Part shown: one piece after another, positions 35,290 to 49,396 of the stretch
Position numbering within the stretch: the stretch's first letter is position 1
How the letters are laid out: the number at the start of each line of letters is the position of its first letter
From: Blasia pusilla
Taxonomy: Eukaryota
DNA: 64,000 bases
Reading direction: 5' to 3'
NCBI GenBank assembly: GCA_050084515.1
Contig: CM114271.1
Location: 44,020,001 to 44,084,000, forward strand
The notes under the pieces: generated by a model
What the model was told of the DNA's origin: nothing
Seen by the model: only the letters and a program-made list of their open reading frames with translations
The model's database searches: none
Made by a program: the position numbers and the translations under genes

Positions 35290-37291
35290 ATAGCAAGCCA
35301 GACGGTTTTGGTAGGAGGGGATGCTTGTGTTACGAGTTTGGAAGGATGGTAGAATATGCGTAGTGCTTCATCCTTAGTAGAGGGCACGTTTGGTGGAACA
35401 TGCCTATGAAGAGTTGGATCACTTTGGAGTGGATACAAATTCAACGAGAAGGCATACTTAGCATCTTTCTCACCTTACCTTTTACTTTATGGTTACGAGC
35501 TTTGATTTACCTGCGATCATTTGTTGTGATGGGGGTGAGGTATTGAACCTCGATGATCTTGATATATGGATGCAAGCATGTTCTGAGAAGTTTAAGAACT
35601 TTGCAATTGCACAACATCAAGATACTTTGAGGTATGTGACTATTCCGGAAGGTCATTGTCAACCGCCGATTCAAATATTTCATCGAGGAGACTATGTCTA
35701 CGTATAGCAGAAGGCATCTACGACGTTGGATGTGACCGTACGGCACACCATCTTAAGAGTGTGTAATGCATTACCATCTAATGTTCTCTTATTGGAGGAA
35801 CATGATATTATGGTTTGGAAGGACCATGTGCCTAACTACGGGCTATATCACCTTTCAAAAATTGATGGTACGGTTGATCCAAGCTTAGCAATAGTTCCTC
35901 CAAACTTGTGTTGTATGTTATATGATTTTTTACATGGTGCACCCACTATGCTAGTCTGCAATATATAAGTATTCGAGAGGGTGGCATATGGCACATGTGC
36001 AAGGTTGCATGTGGAGAAAAAGTCCGTGTTCGTGGACATATCCGTCCTATGGAAAGACTTGTCTATATGAGACCCACCTTTCCCTTCTTTCTCATTCCCC
36101 TTACTTGCCTTGGTGTTCCATATTCCCCCATTTCTTCCTCTCTCCACCTCCACTCCCTCCTCACTCATTGCTCTTCTTCTCCTTGCATTGCCTCCATCAT
36201 GGACTAAAAGTGTGGATTCCACCTCTTGGACATGTCCATATTTTTTCGTCCATGTCCGTTCTAAGGAAGGACTTGTCCGTTTTTGTACAACCATACATAT
36301 ATGATGCCATCTCTCTCTAGGATTCCATGAGGATGATGAATACGCCAAGAGTAGTAATAGATCCAAACTTGTGTTTGTGACAAGAAGGCGACTAACGATG
36401 GTCTTATGGAGCCACATGAGCACGAGACCATTTTTCTCTTAGCGTTTGAGAGATGTGTGTCATAGTGGGTAGGGATAGATGGCTATTAGGACTCCAAGTT
36501 AGAGGGACCTAACCACCAGCTAAGGGGACGATTGGAGATAATTTTGGTACTCAATTGTCTCAATGTTTAGATGGCATGAGTTAGTATGATATCTTGTGTA
36601 TTTGGTGACAACGATGTATGTTGTGTAGCAAAGCACGATAGTTGTCATATTTATTAGTATAGATCGACAAGTTTGGTAGAGCACCTTGGAGGATATTGGA
36701 GGAAAGCCTGAAGAGGTCAAGGATGACCTACTAAGGCCTTGGGTAATTCGAGAGAGTAGGTTTTTCTTTTATTTTGGCTTATGTGGAGCTATATATAGAA
36801 ACTTACTATATTGTGTAATTAATTGTTAGGAGTAGAGTTAACTTTCCATATTGGAAAGTGACCCTTAATCCCCTAAAGTAGGTCAAGAGCCAAGGAGGTG
36901 ATTTGCGAGCATAGGTTATCATGGAAAGAGCTTGGGAGAGGGAAGCACGTATACCCACGGAGAGAGACCTTTGGAGCCCACTCAATCTCTTGAGCTCTTT
37001 GTTGAAACTCTTGGCATGAGGTGGAGGAACTATGGTCCTCCTTGCCTTGTGAGTAACTCAAGCCTCTCATTAGGAGAGTGGGTTTGGTTTGACCTAAGAG
37101 GGAGATGGAGTTTGTGTGCACATTATGAGACATTTGAGTGCTTATTAGGAGAGTGGGTTTGGTTTGATTGGAGATATTTTGGTACTCGATTGTCTCGATG
37201 TTTAGATGTCATCAATTAGTATGGTATCTTGTGTATCTTGTGGTACGATCATAGCGATATATGTTGTGTAGCAATATGTATGTGCATGATA
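35290..37291 (+). mobile_element. Decayed 3' portion of a subfamily-2 copy: integrase/PHD relic, PPT, B1-A2-B2
   Basis: NFAIAQHQDTLRY, VWKDHV, DGTVDPSLAIVP. PPT 36521-36531, B1 36532-36640, A2 36643-37167, B2 37168-37291. Confidence 0.8.
36000..36295 (+). mobile_element. hAT-type MITE, copy 2, inserted in the PHD-coding relic
   Basis: CAAGGTTGCA...TACAACCATA; decayed TSD CACATGTG/CATATATG; homologous to 2064-2392. Confidence 0.85.
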
Positions 37292-38985
37292 CCAATCGTA
37301 TCAAAGATCTCGTCAAGAGTAGCATAACATACCTATCATAGAGTTCCTTGCTAGATCGCAAAGAGACCTTGATCTTGAGTTCTACAAGTAGAAGGCTTGG
37401 GTTGAGTCTTGAATATCCAAGTTGTCATGCATCTCATAGATGAGTTGGCAAAGCCACATAATGCTAATCAGTTTTGAATCTTTTGAGATCCATACCGTCT
37501 TCCTAGGAATCCTCTTAAAAGCCTCGACCAAGATCCCAATTGCTTATCCAAACCAATGTGTGATGGTTGATTCCTCAAGGTGCGTCTTGATAGAATGGTT
37601 CTTTAGCTCTAACTTGAAACATGGCCCTAGTACATAACTTGGTTAAATCATTATTCCAAGACTCGAGTGGACAAGGAGAGAGAGGGTCTCTCCAGACATG
37701 CTTTTTTGAGGTTTCCCGATGCAACCCTAATTTTTTGAACATCCATCTCGAGGCCTTGGATATGGTCCACAACCCAAAGGCACTTTGCATCTCATGAGCC
37801 GGTATTTTGACTAGTTAACTCCCAAGATGACTTGGGGACTCTCCTCCTAGATTTTTCCCATCTTGACTTCCCTAAACTTAGCTTGGAAACCCAAACCCGC
37901 GTTTCAGGCATCTCATGGCTAAGGCCTATCTTGACTCCCGTCATTGGTGTATCATGGTTATCTTACCAACCCTCAAGTAGTCTTATGACCTCCTTGAAAA
38001 AATTGGTTGAAATACACACCAATATACCAATATTTCGAGATAAGTTTGATTTCCTTAGATTGCACTTATTTCTAAAGGATATAAGGTTGAGCTTGAAGGG
38101 TTTTATGGAAATTGGATATATGCTCTAGCAACCTAGCTTAAGATAACTCACATAGTTTAGAATAGTAATATTTAGAATGAAAAGTCATAACATGATATGT
38201 GTAGGGTCTAATAACATGTGTGTCTAGGTCACAATCTAGGATAAGCTAGTTATTAGGATTTTTTAAATACAAACGTACCTGAATCTAGTATTTTGCTTCA
38301 CTCCTTTCGGCACTGCAACATCTCCTTTCTCTCATTCGCCTGATCTCCCTCTCTCAATACATGATTCAACTCCCCGTATGTCACTCTCTCCATAGCACCT
38401 TCAGTGTTAGTTCACAAGCCCACTCAAACCCGTCACAAGGCCTTTCGGAATTTTTGTCTTTTTGGAACATTTATTTTTTTGCGCTAAGAGAACGACTATA
38501 ACATTCCACATTAGAAAATATATGCCACGTCCATGAAGTCTTACCCTATGATTCTCTCCTTTTTTGAGCATTTAGGTTGATGTATTTTTGCAATAAGCTC
38601 TAGATGTTAAAAAAAATCCCAAGTAAATTGATATGAACCAAATGTTCCTACCCTCCTTTGTCACCGGGTAGGTCCATCATCCATGAGAAATACAAAATTG
38701 AAAATACCTGCATACAAAATGATAATAAATGAAAAACACATAACATCTTCACTCTACTTTGCCTATACCTTGTTCTTAATAAATGTTAGACCTCCATACT
38801 CAAATCAAAGGCCTCTAGCTTTTGCTACAAGTAAGATGTAACAAAACACCTCCTCTTCCACGATAAGTCTAGTTATTGGATTTTGGGTCTCTTCCTTCTA
38901 TTTCCCTCTTTTTCTACTCTCTCCCCTTGGAGGGGGGAGAGTTATGGCGAGAGTGTAATAGTGAGACTTATGGCAAGAGTTGTGA

Positions 38986-39502
38986 CAACCCAATCCCACG
39001 AACACAAGGGAAAAAAAATACTTGAAATGACCACTCACACATGAAATTAAAAATCATAAACCCTAAATAAGGTCTTTAGTTTTTGGTATTAGCATGGGGG
39101 CTTAAATGGCATATCTAAACCGTTGAAGGTGGGGAGGGATTTAATTACAAGCCTCTCGCCAAGATTCAACACCATCCAATGGTGGGAAGAAAATTTAACA
39201 CCATGTTTACATGAAAATGCCACAAAGACTCGTAAGAATCATATTCAATTCCCACTTTCTCCTTCTTCACACCTTTTTTTCTACCCTCCACCCTCAACCA
39301 AGGGTCCAAAAATCATGAAGCATGTCCCAAAGAGGCAACCCAACCCCAAGAACACAAGGGAAAAGAAAAAACTTGGAATGACCACTCACACATGGAATTA
39401 AAAATCATAAACCCTAAATAAGGTCTTTCATTTTTGGTATTAGCATGGGGGCGTAAATGGTAGATGTGAACCATTGAAGGTGGGGAGGGATTTAATTACA
39501 AG
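38986..39502. repeat. ~165-bp direct repeat (38986-39151 and 39336-39502)
   Basis: caacccaa...aacacaagggaaaa...aaaccctaaataaggtcttt...ggggagggatttaattacaag is present twice. Confidence 0.85.
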
Positions 39503-42269
39503 TGGATTATGGGGCAAGAAATTCTTGTTCCTAAATTTTTATATAGAGAATGATAAGGGTCTTCCATTATCTTGTACATTTGTACACTTTCTCACTCTTC
39601 TTATTTACGTAAGTTAGTTATCTTCTCTTTATGTGTTTGTATGAGAGTGTAAGACTTGGAGGGTTTGTAGCTTACTATTATGAGACTTGGTTATCAAGAA
39701 CACCTCACTAACATGTGGAAATTTATTCAATCATTTGTAGCGTCAGCTATTCCTCAGGCTCTACTTTTTAGGGATCAATTGACTTAAAAATACCCCTAAT
39801 CCCATGCGGACATTATTACACACAAACTCCACAATGTGGAGATTAGTATTAGACATGAGAAAATTCTTGAGTAATTTGGATTCGAAGTATTGGATGTGTT
39901 TTATATGAAAACATGGATATAATTCTTATTTTAAATGTTGAACCCGGGCCACTCTTTGTACCCATTGAATTGTTATGATATGTGTATAATTTTTCTATCT
40001 ATGGTCTTTGTAGTCAAGCTAGTGTGATTGTAAACTAAGTGACCATTACTTTGATCACATTCTCAACTTATTGGACAACATGTAAGAAGCCTCGTCTTGG
40101 GGAAAAAAACATAATTCGAAGGAGCCCCAAGGACGTGCATTAGCCCGAACTATTTTTCTTCTACTCTAAATTGAAACCCTAATAATAAGGGCACTCTCCA
40201 ATAATAATGTAGATGATTTTTGAAAAATAATATGATAACAAACGACTCAAGAATAAATCAAAAAATGACTAATATTCTAATATTCAACGTCATGGAAAAG
40301 GAGGGAAAAGCAAAAGACCTAATTGGAGGATCCAGTTTTATGTGGATGCTCCTCTTTGGAAGATGCAATTTTCTGTAAATTCTCCTGGTTTCTTTTAAAG
40401 AAGTCACTAGACTTCTTTCAAAAAGAATCTTGATCATTTTAGTAAGGAGAGTTACGTTTAAACATAGCACGGTCTCCTACGTGTCTAGTAATTCTTTCAA
40501 AAACGTGTATTTCTCTACGTATTTAATGCTGTGGAAACGATGAAAGGAAATCCAGTCCAACAAAGTGCATGCCCTTGCTACCTATGAGGTGACAGCGCTT
40601 TGGTGGTGACCGGGTCTGAAGGTGTGAGTCCCCTGCCAGCTAAAATCCATCGTGCTTAAAGTAACCCAAATTCGTAATGACCAATTTTAGTTGATTTATT
40701 AAAAAAATTTGAGTGGATAAGCTTCAACGGACTATGAGGATTTTTAGCAGCTTTTCTAAGTTTGGAACTGCACGACGGTCACCATCTTGTCGATCCGTCT
40801 TATCCGTTTTATTTCCCCCTATTAAGATTATCTATCTAGACTATCCAATGCCTTATTCCCGGCTAGCTTTCCTAATTCCGCTAACTCCACATGCGCACTT
40901 CTCCGGTTATGAATAAGCCACATTGAAGCCGATCTTCGGCCTGCCGGCGCGGCGTGCCGTGTTCCGAACTGGAGTCGACTGCGTTGGTGGCAGCAAGAAG
41001 GTGTAGCCGTGCGGCCGAAGCGGCACAAGGAGCCTGGAGAAGTCTGGCACCCAAGTAGCTCTGCGGTGGCGGAGGTGACGCGGAAGAGCTGGGAGCGTGA
41101 GGCGCAGTCGTGCGTGCAAGATTGGGAAGATTCTCCGCCTGTTCTTTCATGTTTCGACGTCGTAAGGTTGAAACGTGAGAGGACCTGGCTGCTTGTTTCG
41201 TATGCTCGAGCAGGTTTGTGGATGGGGCTGTGGTTTTCGACGGGCATTGGCGGATCGCGATAGCCTGCATCATGAATGCGTGCCCGGGAAGAACTTAGAG
41301 GGAACCTCTTAGTTTGTGACATTGGGCGATAGTTACCCAGCGTAAGTCGAGTCTTTCAGGGAAGCTTGGGTACGAAGGTGTGAGTCCCCTGCCAGCTTGG
41401 TTCACATTGGCTTGAGTCCAACCCGTGGTGCAGGGAGAGTTATGGTCACGGTCACTTAGGACGAGTGTTTTTCCGCGCGAATTGCAGTCCCGCGAACAAG
41501 AGTAGGTAATTCTCCTACCGCTCTGGTACATCTGGTTCTTCGCCAGTTTGCACGTGGATTGAAAGCTTGCAGTAGAACGTGAAGGATCCGTTCCTAGAGA
41601 AAAGATTCTTGGAAATGCAGTTTTTATGTCCCACATTTCGATGATCTAGACTAGGTATCTGGTCCTACGTATAATTTTTCAAATATTCTAGCTCCAGCGA
41701 CAGCAATGTGTCATCCGAGGCCGAAAAGCATGCTTTGTTCTTCTCAGTTGCTCCAATCCGTTGTTTCCTGCTTTTGTCACGCTCGTCGTCTGTAATCATG
41801 TAGTGCCAGTGGGGCCATGTTCGTCCGTCGTTACTTTCTCGCCTCCACAAGATCTGTCTTCTTCCGTGAACTTTACATTCCCGCTTGTCTTGATTGGCAG
41901 AATCGGCATCTTACATTCCGTCGTTAAACGTGCGAGAATGTCATTATTCTCATGATTCTCTCGGCATTCATTCCTCTTCAAATTGGTATAACGTGGCTGT
42001 AGATCTATTGAAGACCTACAATTTTAGGTCGCTAAACGGCCACCCTAAGCCTTTTGTGCGGTCCAACATCGAGTAACTGGAAATGTAGTAGTATTTAGAA
42101 TAGAATCAGCAGCAGGAAATACCCCTACTCCACTTGGAGAGTTGGAAATCAGACTTCTTAGATCCGAAGGGATTTCGGATTTGAAGTGTATTCATCACTA
42201 GGACACGGCTACGTCCACAGGTAGAGCGATCAATTTCTGATTCACATTCGTGGCAATCTTTGCAGCAAC

Positions 42270-42584
42270 ATGGTCAAGGCATCAGTCGGAGCCGGGGCCA
42301 GCTACAGTCCTGCGAGTCTACTCGAGATAGCACCCGCAAGACTAATTACCCTTCATAGGCGAACTGCTTCCGGAAGAAGGTTGGATACAATTGTGGAGGA
42401 CAGATCAGATGGAAACTCAATCTCGACTTCCCAGCAAGAGTTGCAGATAGCACACTACGTGCCAAAGGTGATGGAGACAACTGCTATTATAGCAACGATG
42501 GTCCGTAGCGAAGGAAAAGAACCAAGCACTGAGCAGCATCAACAAGGAGTTCCAGGAATCTTTAGACTAGCTCAAACTCACTGA
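42270..42584 (+). CDS. Probable small host protein of unknown function (104 aa)
   Basis: Good start context (GCAACATGG), intact, in the only non-repetitive island (about 40.5-43.8 kb). LLEIAPARLI...RRLDTIVED resembles, from memory only, a motif in small uncharacterised plant proteins. Confidence 0.5.
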   Translation: MVKASVGAGASYSPASLLEIAPARLITLHRRTASGRRLDTIVEDRSDGNSISTSQQELQIAHYVPKVMETTAIIATMVRSEGKEPSTEQHQQGVPGIFRLAQTH

Positions 42585-45500
42585 AAATTAACCACTTCGT
42601 CTGAAATTTTCAAATGTTCATCGCAGTTACTTGCAAAATGAAATATGACTAGACAGGGTATCTCCTATTTTCATCATGCTGTGCGTGAAGAGGTATCTGG
42701 TCACTTTCACATGGAGACTCAATTAAGTAATTTAGTAGTGTGAAGATCCAAACCTTCATTTTCCATATTTCCGTAGTGATCGTTCTGGCACCTTGGTGGG
42801 TAACAGCTGCATTGTACACAAATACGATACAGCGCTTATCAGTATAGGGAGATAATCGAATCCTGGAAGTCCAACATCCAACATGACTGAGATCTAGATC
42901 ATACGTGAGGTAGTGTCGAGGTATTTCCATCATCGCTTAATTAGAGTCATGAGTAGTTGTGCTTCAAACTTATGCTCTCACTTAACCTTGCGATCCGGCC
43001 ATACTTGACAATGAGCATGAACAGTAGAACCTCTCTTGATTAACGTGCGTGTGGGATTCGGGTGATTATTGGTTCACTCGTACCTGATGTTCAAAGATGT
43101 GGAGAGGTGATCAACAGGTAACAGATAATTGCAGGATAACTGTGTTTTCAGATTGTTAAAGGGTTAACTGGACCAGTTTTGCTTCAGGGAAGATGCTCAC
43201 TGTTCACGTGTGCAATTGCAGCGCGTCCAAGAAGCGGCTTCTCTTAGACAGCGACCAACCATTTCTGCATCTCAACAGGCTCCGCATGCGTGTGTTTTTC
43301 TTGATTTTTCGAAGGAACCGTGGACGTGCTTGCCTCTGCTTAGATTTTCACACATTGCAGTTTAGAGTCACGAGTCCTTGATGTTCCAGTGAGCGTAAGC
43401 GGAGCGGAGTGAATGGCCGGGACGTGAGTATCGTCCACACGCTTTTTCGCGTTAGATGCTGAAGACTGAGGAACTCAATGATTTGACACGGGTTGGTGAG
43501 AGCAGTTCTCTTCGTATGTGCTCCATAAACTTCATCTGCCGCAGTTCTTTTCGAAGAGGTCCTTGTTATACGCGGCGGTTGGAATTCTACATGTATACGT
43601 CCCTCGTTTGGACGCGCGCTGTTGGTTCTTAGAAAATCTCTCCGTGCCGTGCAGCAGGAGTTGTGAACACCTAAAATAGAGGTGGCAAAAGAAGGTAAGC
43701 CCCGAAAAAAGATTCAATGACTGTGAAAGAACGCATCTCCCATTCTTATGGAAAGGGGGAAGAAACCAATTCTGTTCTGTGTTTGAATAAATGTGAAGGT
43801 AATGGGAATTGGCCCTCCATTTTCAAAAATTCACTTCTTTTAGATGTAAATTCTTGAAAATACTAAACTATCCTTCCTCTTGTCATAGCATACAATCATA
43901 AATATATTGTCTAGTAGTAATGCATGTGCTATTACTTCATTCTCCTTCTTGAAACACAATAAACTAGATCCTGTGACGAGCTGGAGTGAAATTAAGGGGT
44001 TATGGTGGGAACCCAAGTTATAGCGATGTTGGTATGTTAGCATGCTGAAGTGAAATTAAGGGGTTATGGTGAGATCCCAACTAATAGCAATGTTGGTGTG
44101 TTGAGGAGCTCCTCAAAAAGGTCATTACTAGTGCCTTTATGAATTGACTTGCCCTACTAAGTCATCTAAAGCCACTGTTTACATTTGTGGTTCAAATTGT
44201 TGACCCTAGTAGAGCCGCTTTCTCTTGAAGCTTCGAAGGCTATAGTAGAAATGCAATTAGGATCATCCTTGTTCAAGATGGTAAATGTGTTATAAAACTT
44301 TAAAGCATGAACATCCATTGTTGTCTCCCCAACCTCAACCAACATCAATTCATCCGAATGAACGTACATGCTAGCAATGACCCACAACGCTTGTCGTGGT
44401 CGCACGTCAAATATATAAGGATCTACCTTATATTTTTCTCCAAGGTGAAATCACCTTGGAGAAATATAGACTAGCTTGTAACACACTAGCGTAAGAGCAA
44501 ATGTCTTGGCTGACGAGCATGTGATTCATGAGAGTCGATGAAATAAGTCAAGAGTATGAGTATGAGCAGAGTGGTCCTCCTAGATGGGAATAGTCAAGAC
44601 AGGGAAGTATCCTCAAGACCAATCTAAGAGACCAAAGAAAAACGTTGCACTTTGGGTTAGGTGAGAAATAGGGGGAGATACATTAAGGGTTAGAAGTTGA
44701 GCCTTTGAAAGGCAATGATATGCAAGACCACATGATCACTTTTCTAACTCTACCTCGCGAACGTTCCAGTCGGTGCGACTAGTTGGGTCTCAAGACTCCG
44801 ACTCAAGTTCGCAAGGCTCAAGGTGGCATGGGAAGACTTTTTATAGAGCTATCAAGGAGGAGTAGAGATTGAATCTACGATTCATGAGGAGTTTTCATTT
44901 TTGGGATACCTAGATCCTCATTTGGGCGGTGCTTTGGGGCCCCTAGTTTTAAAAGCATTAAGTGTGGTTGGAATGGCCATTTGGTTGAAGAGTTGGATTT
45001 CTTTTGGTCAGTGCCACTTGTACATTCTCTTACAATTGGGTTCCAAAATGTGAATGCATTAGCTTTGTTGGGACTCCAATGTATTCTCCAATGGCTATTA
45101 CTTTGGGCTTTATCATCAAGCTTAAGAAGTTCTCCTCATACTTACTTTTCATATGCACATTCTCGATGTTCCTTCTTTTGCAAGCTAGTTCCATGTGTGC
45201 ATGTGTGAGTGTTGACCTTATAAAGTAACATTTATTGATAGCTTGGGTATTCGAGCTTTGAAGAGTGACAAATCCTTTGAATAGTGATACGTTTCCCAAG
45301 GAGAGAAAGTCTAGAGAGGATTTCTCAAATTGGAGAAGAAAATTTGATGAGTTGATGAGAAATATAATGAAAAAACATAAATGGTGTTTTAATTTTGATC
45401 TTAGAAGGCCAAATTACAAGCTATAATCTGCAATTAGCAACTTCATAGTCAATCCATTAAAGTTGTTTATAAATTTATTTTTTTCCTACCTCAATCAAAT

Positions 45501-46412
45501 ATGTAGTCCAAGTGATGTCATCACTAAATGTTGCTAATTTCACCACCTCTCATGGCACCTCTCATGGTTTCCACTTTGTCACACCACTAGTGAACGGTAA
45601 TATTAATGGTAAGGATCTAACTTGTTACTAATTTCACTACCTCTCATGGTTTCCACTTTGTCACACCACTAATGAACAATAATATTAATGGTAATGATCT
45701 AACTTATGAAGTAAACCAAGACCTTACAAAGTGAGGTGGCTTCCAAGTTTGTTGTGGCAATCTCTTGAAAGAACTTCTAGAAAGTAGGAGTTTGATTGTG
45801 CTCCGCAATATCCCAAGATATCTCTTTGTCCACAGATCCAAATCAATCTAACTATACTCCATTCGAGTTCTCTCATGGCAAGTATTATTATTGTCATGAC
45901 CCTCAAAACCAATGACATGTCCACGCACAACATCATAACTCAAGTAGGCTCAAACTAGGATGAAAATGTGTTAGAGTCTCATGAGCAAGATACACATTGC
46001 AAAAGTGAGACGCAAAGCCTTGATGGGTATTGTGCGCATGCACATTGCTACACAACATACATCATTATTACCAAAAAAAAAAAAACACAAGATGTCATAG
46101 TCGCTTGTGGTTGGGAGCAGATTAGCCCCCACCAACAGTTTTCCATGATGATCATTCTTAATCCTATAGCCATATAGGGAATATATGTTTCAACTTACAT
46201 CTTGAGCTATATTCAGATAGAGTGCTAGAAAGGGCATTAGAGTTAGTTGGCAGTCCAAGTGAGGTTAGAGGTTGTCTTGTAGGTGGAAGATGAGGTGGAT
46301 ATACCCATAGGGGAGGTAGATTTTCACATGGAGGGCTTAGAAGTCCACTATCTAGACAAGTCAAGGAAGACCCTAAGTGTAAGGTTGGGATGGCTGCTCA
46401 GAAAGAGCAGTA

Positions 46413-46591
46413 CATCACATATACATCACATCACTACACAACATATATTGTTGTCACCAAATGCACAACATACAAAACACACGAGATCCCATGTCAACTC
46501 ATGGAATCCACACAACGAGATGAGAAGCACCAAAATATCTCCAATAAATCAAGTGGAACTCACTCACAACAAGATCTCACAAATATGCACA

Positions 46592-46682
<91 letters not shown>

Positions 46683-47833
46683 GTCAAACCAAACCCACTC
46701 TCCTAATAAGAGGCTTGGGTTACACACACAAATCAAGGAGGATCATAGCTCCGCCGTCTTATGCCAAGAGGTTCAACAAAGAGAGAATGAGCTCTCAAGC
46801 TCTCTCTCTTGGAGATATACCCCTTTCCCTCTCCCACGCTCTCTCCACGATAACCTATGCTTGCAGGTCACCTCCTTGGCTCTCGATCTGCTGTAGCGGG
46901 TCAAGGGCCACTTCCCAAAGTGGAAATTCAACTATACCAAAAACATAAACCTAAATAGTAAGTTTCTCAATATGGCTCCAAATAAACCGAAACGAAGGGC
47001 AAACATGCTCTCTCAAGTTACCCGTGGCCTCAACATGTCATCCTCAACCTCTTGAGGCTGTCCTCCAGCATCTCCAAAGGTGCTCTACTAGATCTCGTCA
47101 ATCCATCCTAACAGACGTGATAACTATCATGCGCATACACATCGCTACACAACATACATCGTTGTAATCCAATGCACATACAAACACACACGATCCTATG
47201 CTAACTCATGGAATCCACACAATGAGATGAGAAGTACCAAAATATCTCCAATTCCCCCCTAGCTGGTGATTGGGTTCTTCTAACTCCAGATAGCCATCTA
47301 TCCCTACCTACCATGGCATATATCTATGGCACGCTAAGAGCAAAAAGGTCGGGTGCTCATGTGGCCCCATCATTAGTCACCTTCTTATCATCCATATCAT
47401 AGACGCAAGTCGGAATCTATAACTACCTACTCTATGTATATCTGGGACACATCCATTGTCCCCGAGGAATCTTAGTGAGAGGTGGCGTCAGACATACTAT
47501 ATGCCATCCTCTCAAACATCCATCATAGACAAGCATAGTGGTTGCACCACAGGCGGAACCACACAAGATACATCGTAAGCCCGCAGGAACTATTATTTAG
47601 CTCAGATCAACTGTATTGTCAATGTTAGGAAGATGACATGGCCCACAATTACTCACATGGTCCTTCCAAACCCTAAATCGTGTCCCTCCAATAAGAGAAC
47701 ACCTGATGGCAAAATCTCACGCTCTCTCAATGCAAGATGGTGCGCCCTACAGTCAAATCCAACGTTGTGGGTGTCGTCTACTGCAAGTAGGCATAGTCTC
47801 CATGATGAAAACTCCGGATAGTAGGTCGATAAC
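46413..47833 (-). mobile_element. 3' portion of a subfamily-2 copy: integrase/PHD relic, PPT, B1-A2-B2
   Basis: REILPSGVLLLEGHD plus PHD relic. PPT 47252-47262, B1 47125-47251, A2 46545-47122 (with expanded (CT)n at 46597-46680), B2 about 46413-46544. Confidence 0.85.
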
Positions 47834-48560
47834 CAAGGTTGCACGCGGACAAAGTCCTTGTCCGTGGACATTTGTTGGTCCCGAGGATGGATATGTCCGT
47901 GCGGGCCCAAGTGCGGGCTCCATCAGCCCGCGTTGCCCTTTGCTTGCACTCGGGCCCGCGCACACCAATCAATCCGCCCTTTCCCGGCCAGTGTGCATCA
48001 TGCCCAACCCGCATCGCGGAAAAATAGGGCCACGTTGCGCCCTATGATTCATCGCTTTAGGCCTAGTCCGCATCCGGGCTCTAAGACCCGCGTACATCCT
48101 GCGCGCGGGCTTTGTGGCCCGCGACGGAGCCCGCATGCGGGCTTGGGGGGCCGTGTACAACCTTGCGAAGCCCGCCCCTCGGGCCCACGAGCCGCCTCCC
48201 TCCCCGCCCGCGGGCCCACGAGCCCTCCCTTGCCCACGTACAGCCCGCGAGGGGGCTTTGTGGCCCGCAACGAAGCCCGCATGCGGGCCCGCGAGCCTCC
48301 GCCCCCGTGCCTTCATACGGGCTTGTCGTAGCCCGTGAGCCCTGCCCCCTCAGGCCCACCGTAGCCAGCCTTAGCCTGCATACGGGCCCGCCATTCTCGC
48401 AAACTTCATGGGGACACGTGGCGGCCTTGGAGTGGCTAGGGCCAAGTTCGAACTTGGCCCCAACCCCCTCCCCTCCCTTCTCCTTCCCCTTTTTCCCCTT
48501 TTGGGTAAAACCCATAAGGGATGGGCCCACAAAGGGCCCCAAAAATGTACATATGGAGGG
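47834..48560 (+). mobile_element. Left end of a larger hAT-like element related to the MITEs, with GC-rich subterminal repeats
   Basis: Starts CAAGGTTGCACGCGGACAAAGTCC like the MITE left end, followed by dense GCCCGC/GCGGGC repeats. The right end was not identified. Confidence 0.7.
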
Positions 48561-49396
48561 GGGTTAAGGAGTAAATTACCTAATTATCAGTAATTTCTCC
48601 TATTTATCCATTGTTTTAGTGATATTTTGGATTTGGCTCCAAATTTTTATGGTGCCTTGATAGCTAAGGGCTTTCCCTTGGATGCCTTTTGGGAGTACTT
48701 GGATTTTATTTGGGACCAGCTTGGATATTTACGCTCCCTCCAATCGACTCCATATTAGGTGAGTGTTTGTGAGTGTGGAAATCTCTTGTTTCACTAAACT
48801 TGTTTGGTGATTTTGAGATTTCCGATTCATAGACCCAAGTTTTTTTACTTGTTTCATTGGTTCTCCTTAGCACATCAGGGATGTGGAGGTGATCAAGTAA
48901 CCTTGTCTAAACACGCCTATATCTACCTATTCCCTTTGAAAGCCCAACCCTAAACTTCCATCATTCACGCGCTCGTATATTCTGAGCCATTTTTTTAGCA
49001 TCTCACGTCATTCTCTTTTTGGTATTTTCTTATCTCCACCCGTACATTTCTTTCCTTTGTATTTTTTAAGATATTCTTATCTTCTTCATCCGAGGGAAAT
49101 ATCTAGTGGGGCTTGGTCATCGAGAGCGGGAGAGAACCGAAATGAATCCAACATCGGTGCCAAGAGGCAAAAAGCAACTCTGAGGAATGATTTCAACATG
49201 AAGATGAATGGCAACCACCGATTCAAGGCCTGGTCGCAGTTTGCAGCAGAGCGACCAAACTCCCTTGAGGCACACTTGTGCGTGAGGGCGGTGGTCCTCC
49301 ATCCCTACCCGAATCATATGGCCACGGTGGAGATAACCATGTACTCCATGAACACATAAGTATCCTGAAACTTTCTTTCCTGAAAATGAACCGGTT

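Noticed and set aside
46283-46948. Recurrent ORFs containing [16 protein letters not shown] (also 6826-7122 and 62447-62935)
   Set aside because: Antisense readings of terminal repeat A; their similarity reflects the DNA repeat, and starts and stops are inconsistent.
47858-48567. Overlapping 115-157 aa ORFs
   Set aside because: Products of GC-rich subterminal repeats of a hAT-like end.
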